Positions 44,314 to 44,492 of a DNA stretch of 44,492 nt are shown here, one piece after another. The position numbers and the translations under genes were made by a program. The notes beneath the pieces are model-generated. The model was not told where the DNA came from and ran no database searches. It saw only the letters and a list, made by a program, of their open reading frames with translations. Every line of letters starts with the position of its first letter. The first letter of the stretch is position 1. This stretch comes from an uncultured Clostridia bacterium (GTDB taxonomy: Bacteria > Bacillota > Clostridia > Oscillospirales > Oscillospiraceae): contig CAMZHU010000001.1 of NCBI GenBank assembly GCA_947306975.1, forward strand, positions 1 to 44,492, given 5' to 3'.

Positions 44314-44341
44314 ATTATATACTCCGCCTCGGTAATGTCAA
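44314..44341 (-). promoter_or_regulatory. Candidate glyQS promoter (TTGACA-16-TATAAT)
   Basis: The minus strand reads TTGACAttaccgaggcggagtaTATAAT. The leader is only ~60 nt, which leaves no room for a T-box. Confidence 0.5.
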
Positions 44342-44492
44342 CTGTTGCAGAAGTCAAACGGGCTCCCTTTTTGCCGTTATCTGCCATTTTTCGGGACGCC
44401 GCCCGATGTTTGCATTGCATTCCGCTGATTAAACTGTTATTATATCTTCCTGTCGGATTAATTTATAATGTATACGGTGACACATATGACCG

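Noticed and set aside
44252-44492. Looked for a glycine T-box leader upstream of glyQS.
   Set aside because: A good TTGACA-16-TATAAT promoter sits only ~60 nt from the ATG. I saw no specifier loop, T-box sequence or terminator/antiterminator pair.
1-44492. Scan for mobile elements, CRISPR arrays, defence or toxin-antitoxin modules, and pyrrolysine machinery.
   Set aside because: I recognised no transposase, integrase or recombinase motifs, no repeat-spacer array, no flanking direct repeats around any block, and no pylT/pylS-like sequence. The only tRNA is an ordinary tRNA-Leu(UAA).

Overview
Chromosomal segment that looks moderately GC-rich by eye (GC not computed). It has AT-rich spacers, AGGAGG-type RBSs and TTGACA/TATAAT-type promoters, which fits an anaerobic Clostridia-class Firmicute. 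I call about 38 protein genes, one tRNA-Leu(UAA) and one THF-I riboswitch. I found no rRNA, CRISPR array, transposase, integrase or phage gene. Left part (1-13.7 kb): a TAXI-type TRAP transporter operon (its permease runs off the window edge and is missing from the ORF track), a two-gene ABC exporter, a PadR/DUF1700/DUF4097 triad, an OFA-like MFS transporter, an orphan fused GlmE-GlmS-type B12 mutase, prmA, a secreted deacetylase-like protein and tRNA-Leu. Centre (13.7-30.9 kb): one long minus-strand gene string diverging from a PocR-AraC regulator. In transcription order it reads methyl-corrinoid:THF methyltransferase (MT-II), fhs, a short MTHFR-like gene, etfB, etfA, fchA, folD, THF riboswitch, folT, folC fused to 5-formyl-THF cyclo-ligase, a solitary HyuA-like ATPase, an MtaC/MtbC-type corrinoid protein, a Pct-family CoA-transferase and an AMP-forming acyl-CoA ligase. 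This is the most interesting region. It holds a complete route from methyl-cob(III)alamin to formate, but no recognisable substrate methyltransferase (MT-I) and no Fe-S reductive activator. The MTHFR-like gene sits directly on a bifurcating-type etfBA pair. Right part (31-44.5 kb): EamA, TetR, putP, MATE, ppdK with a 76-aa C-terminal helical tail, mnmE, split transketolase, and glyQS interrupted by a single in-frame TAG. All family calls come from reading the translations and recalled motifs. No database search was run.
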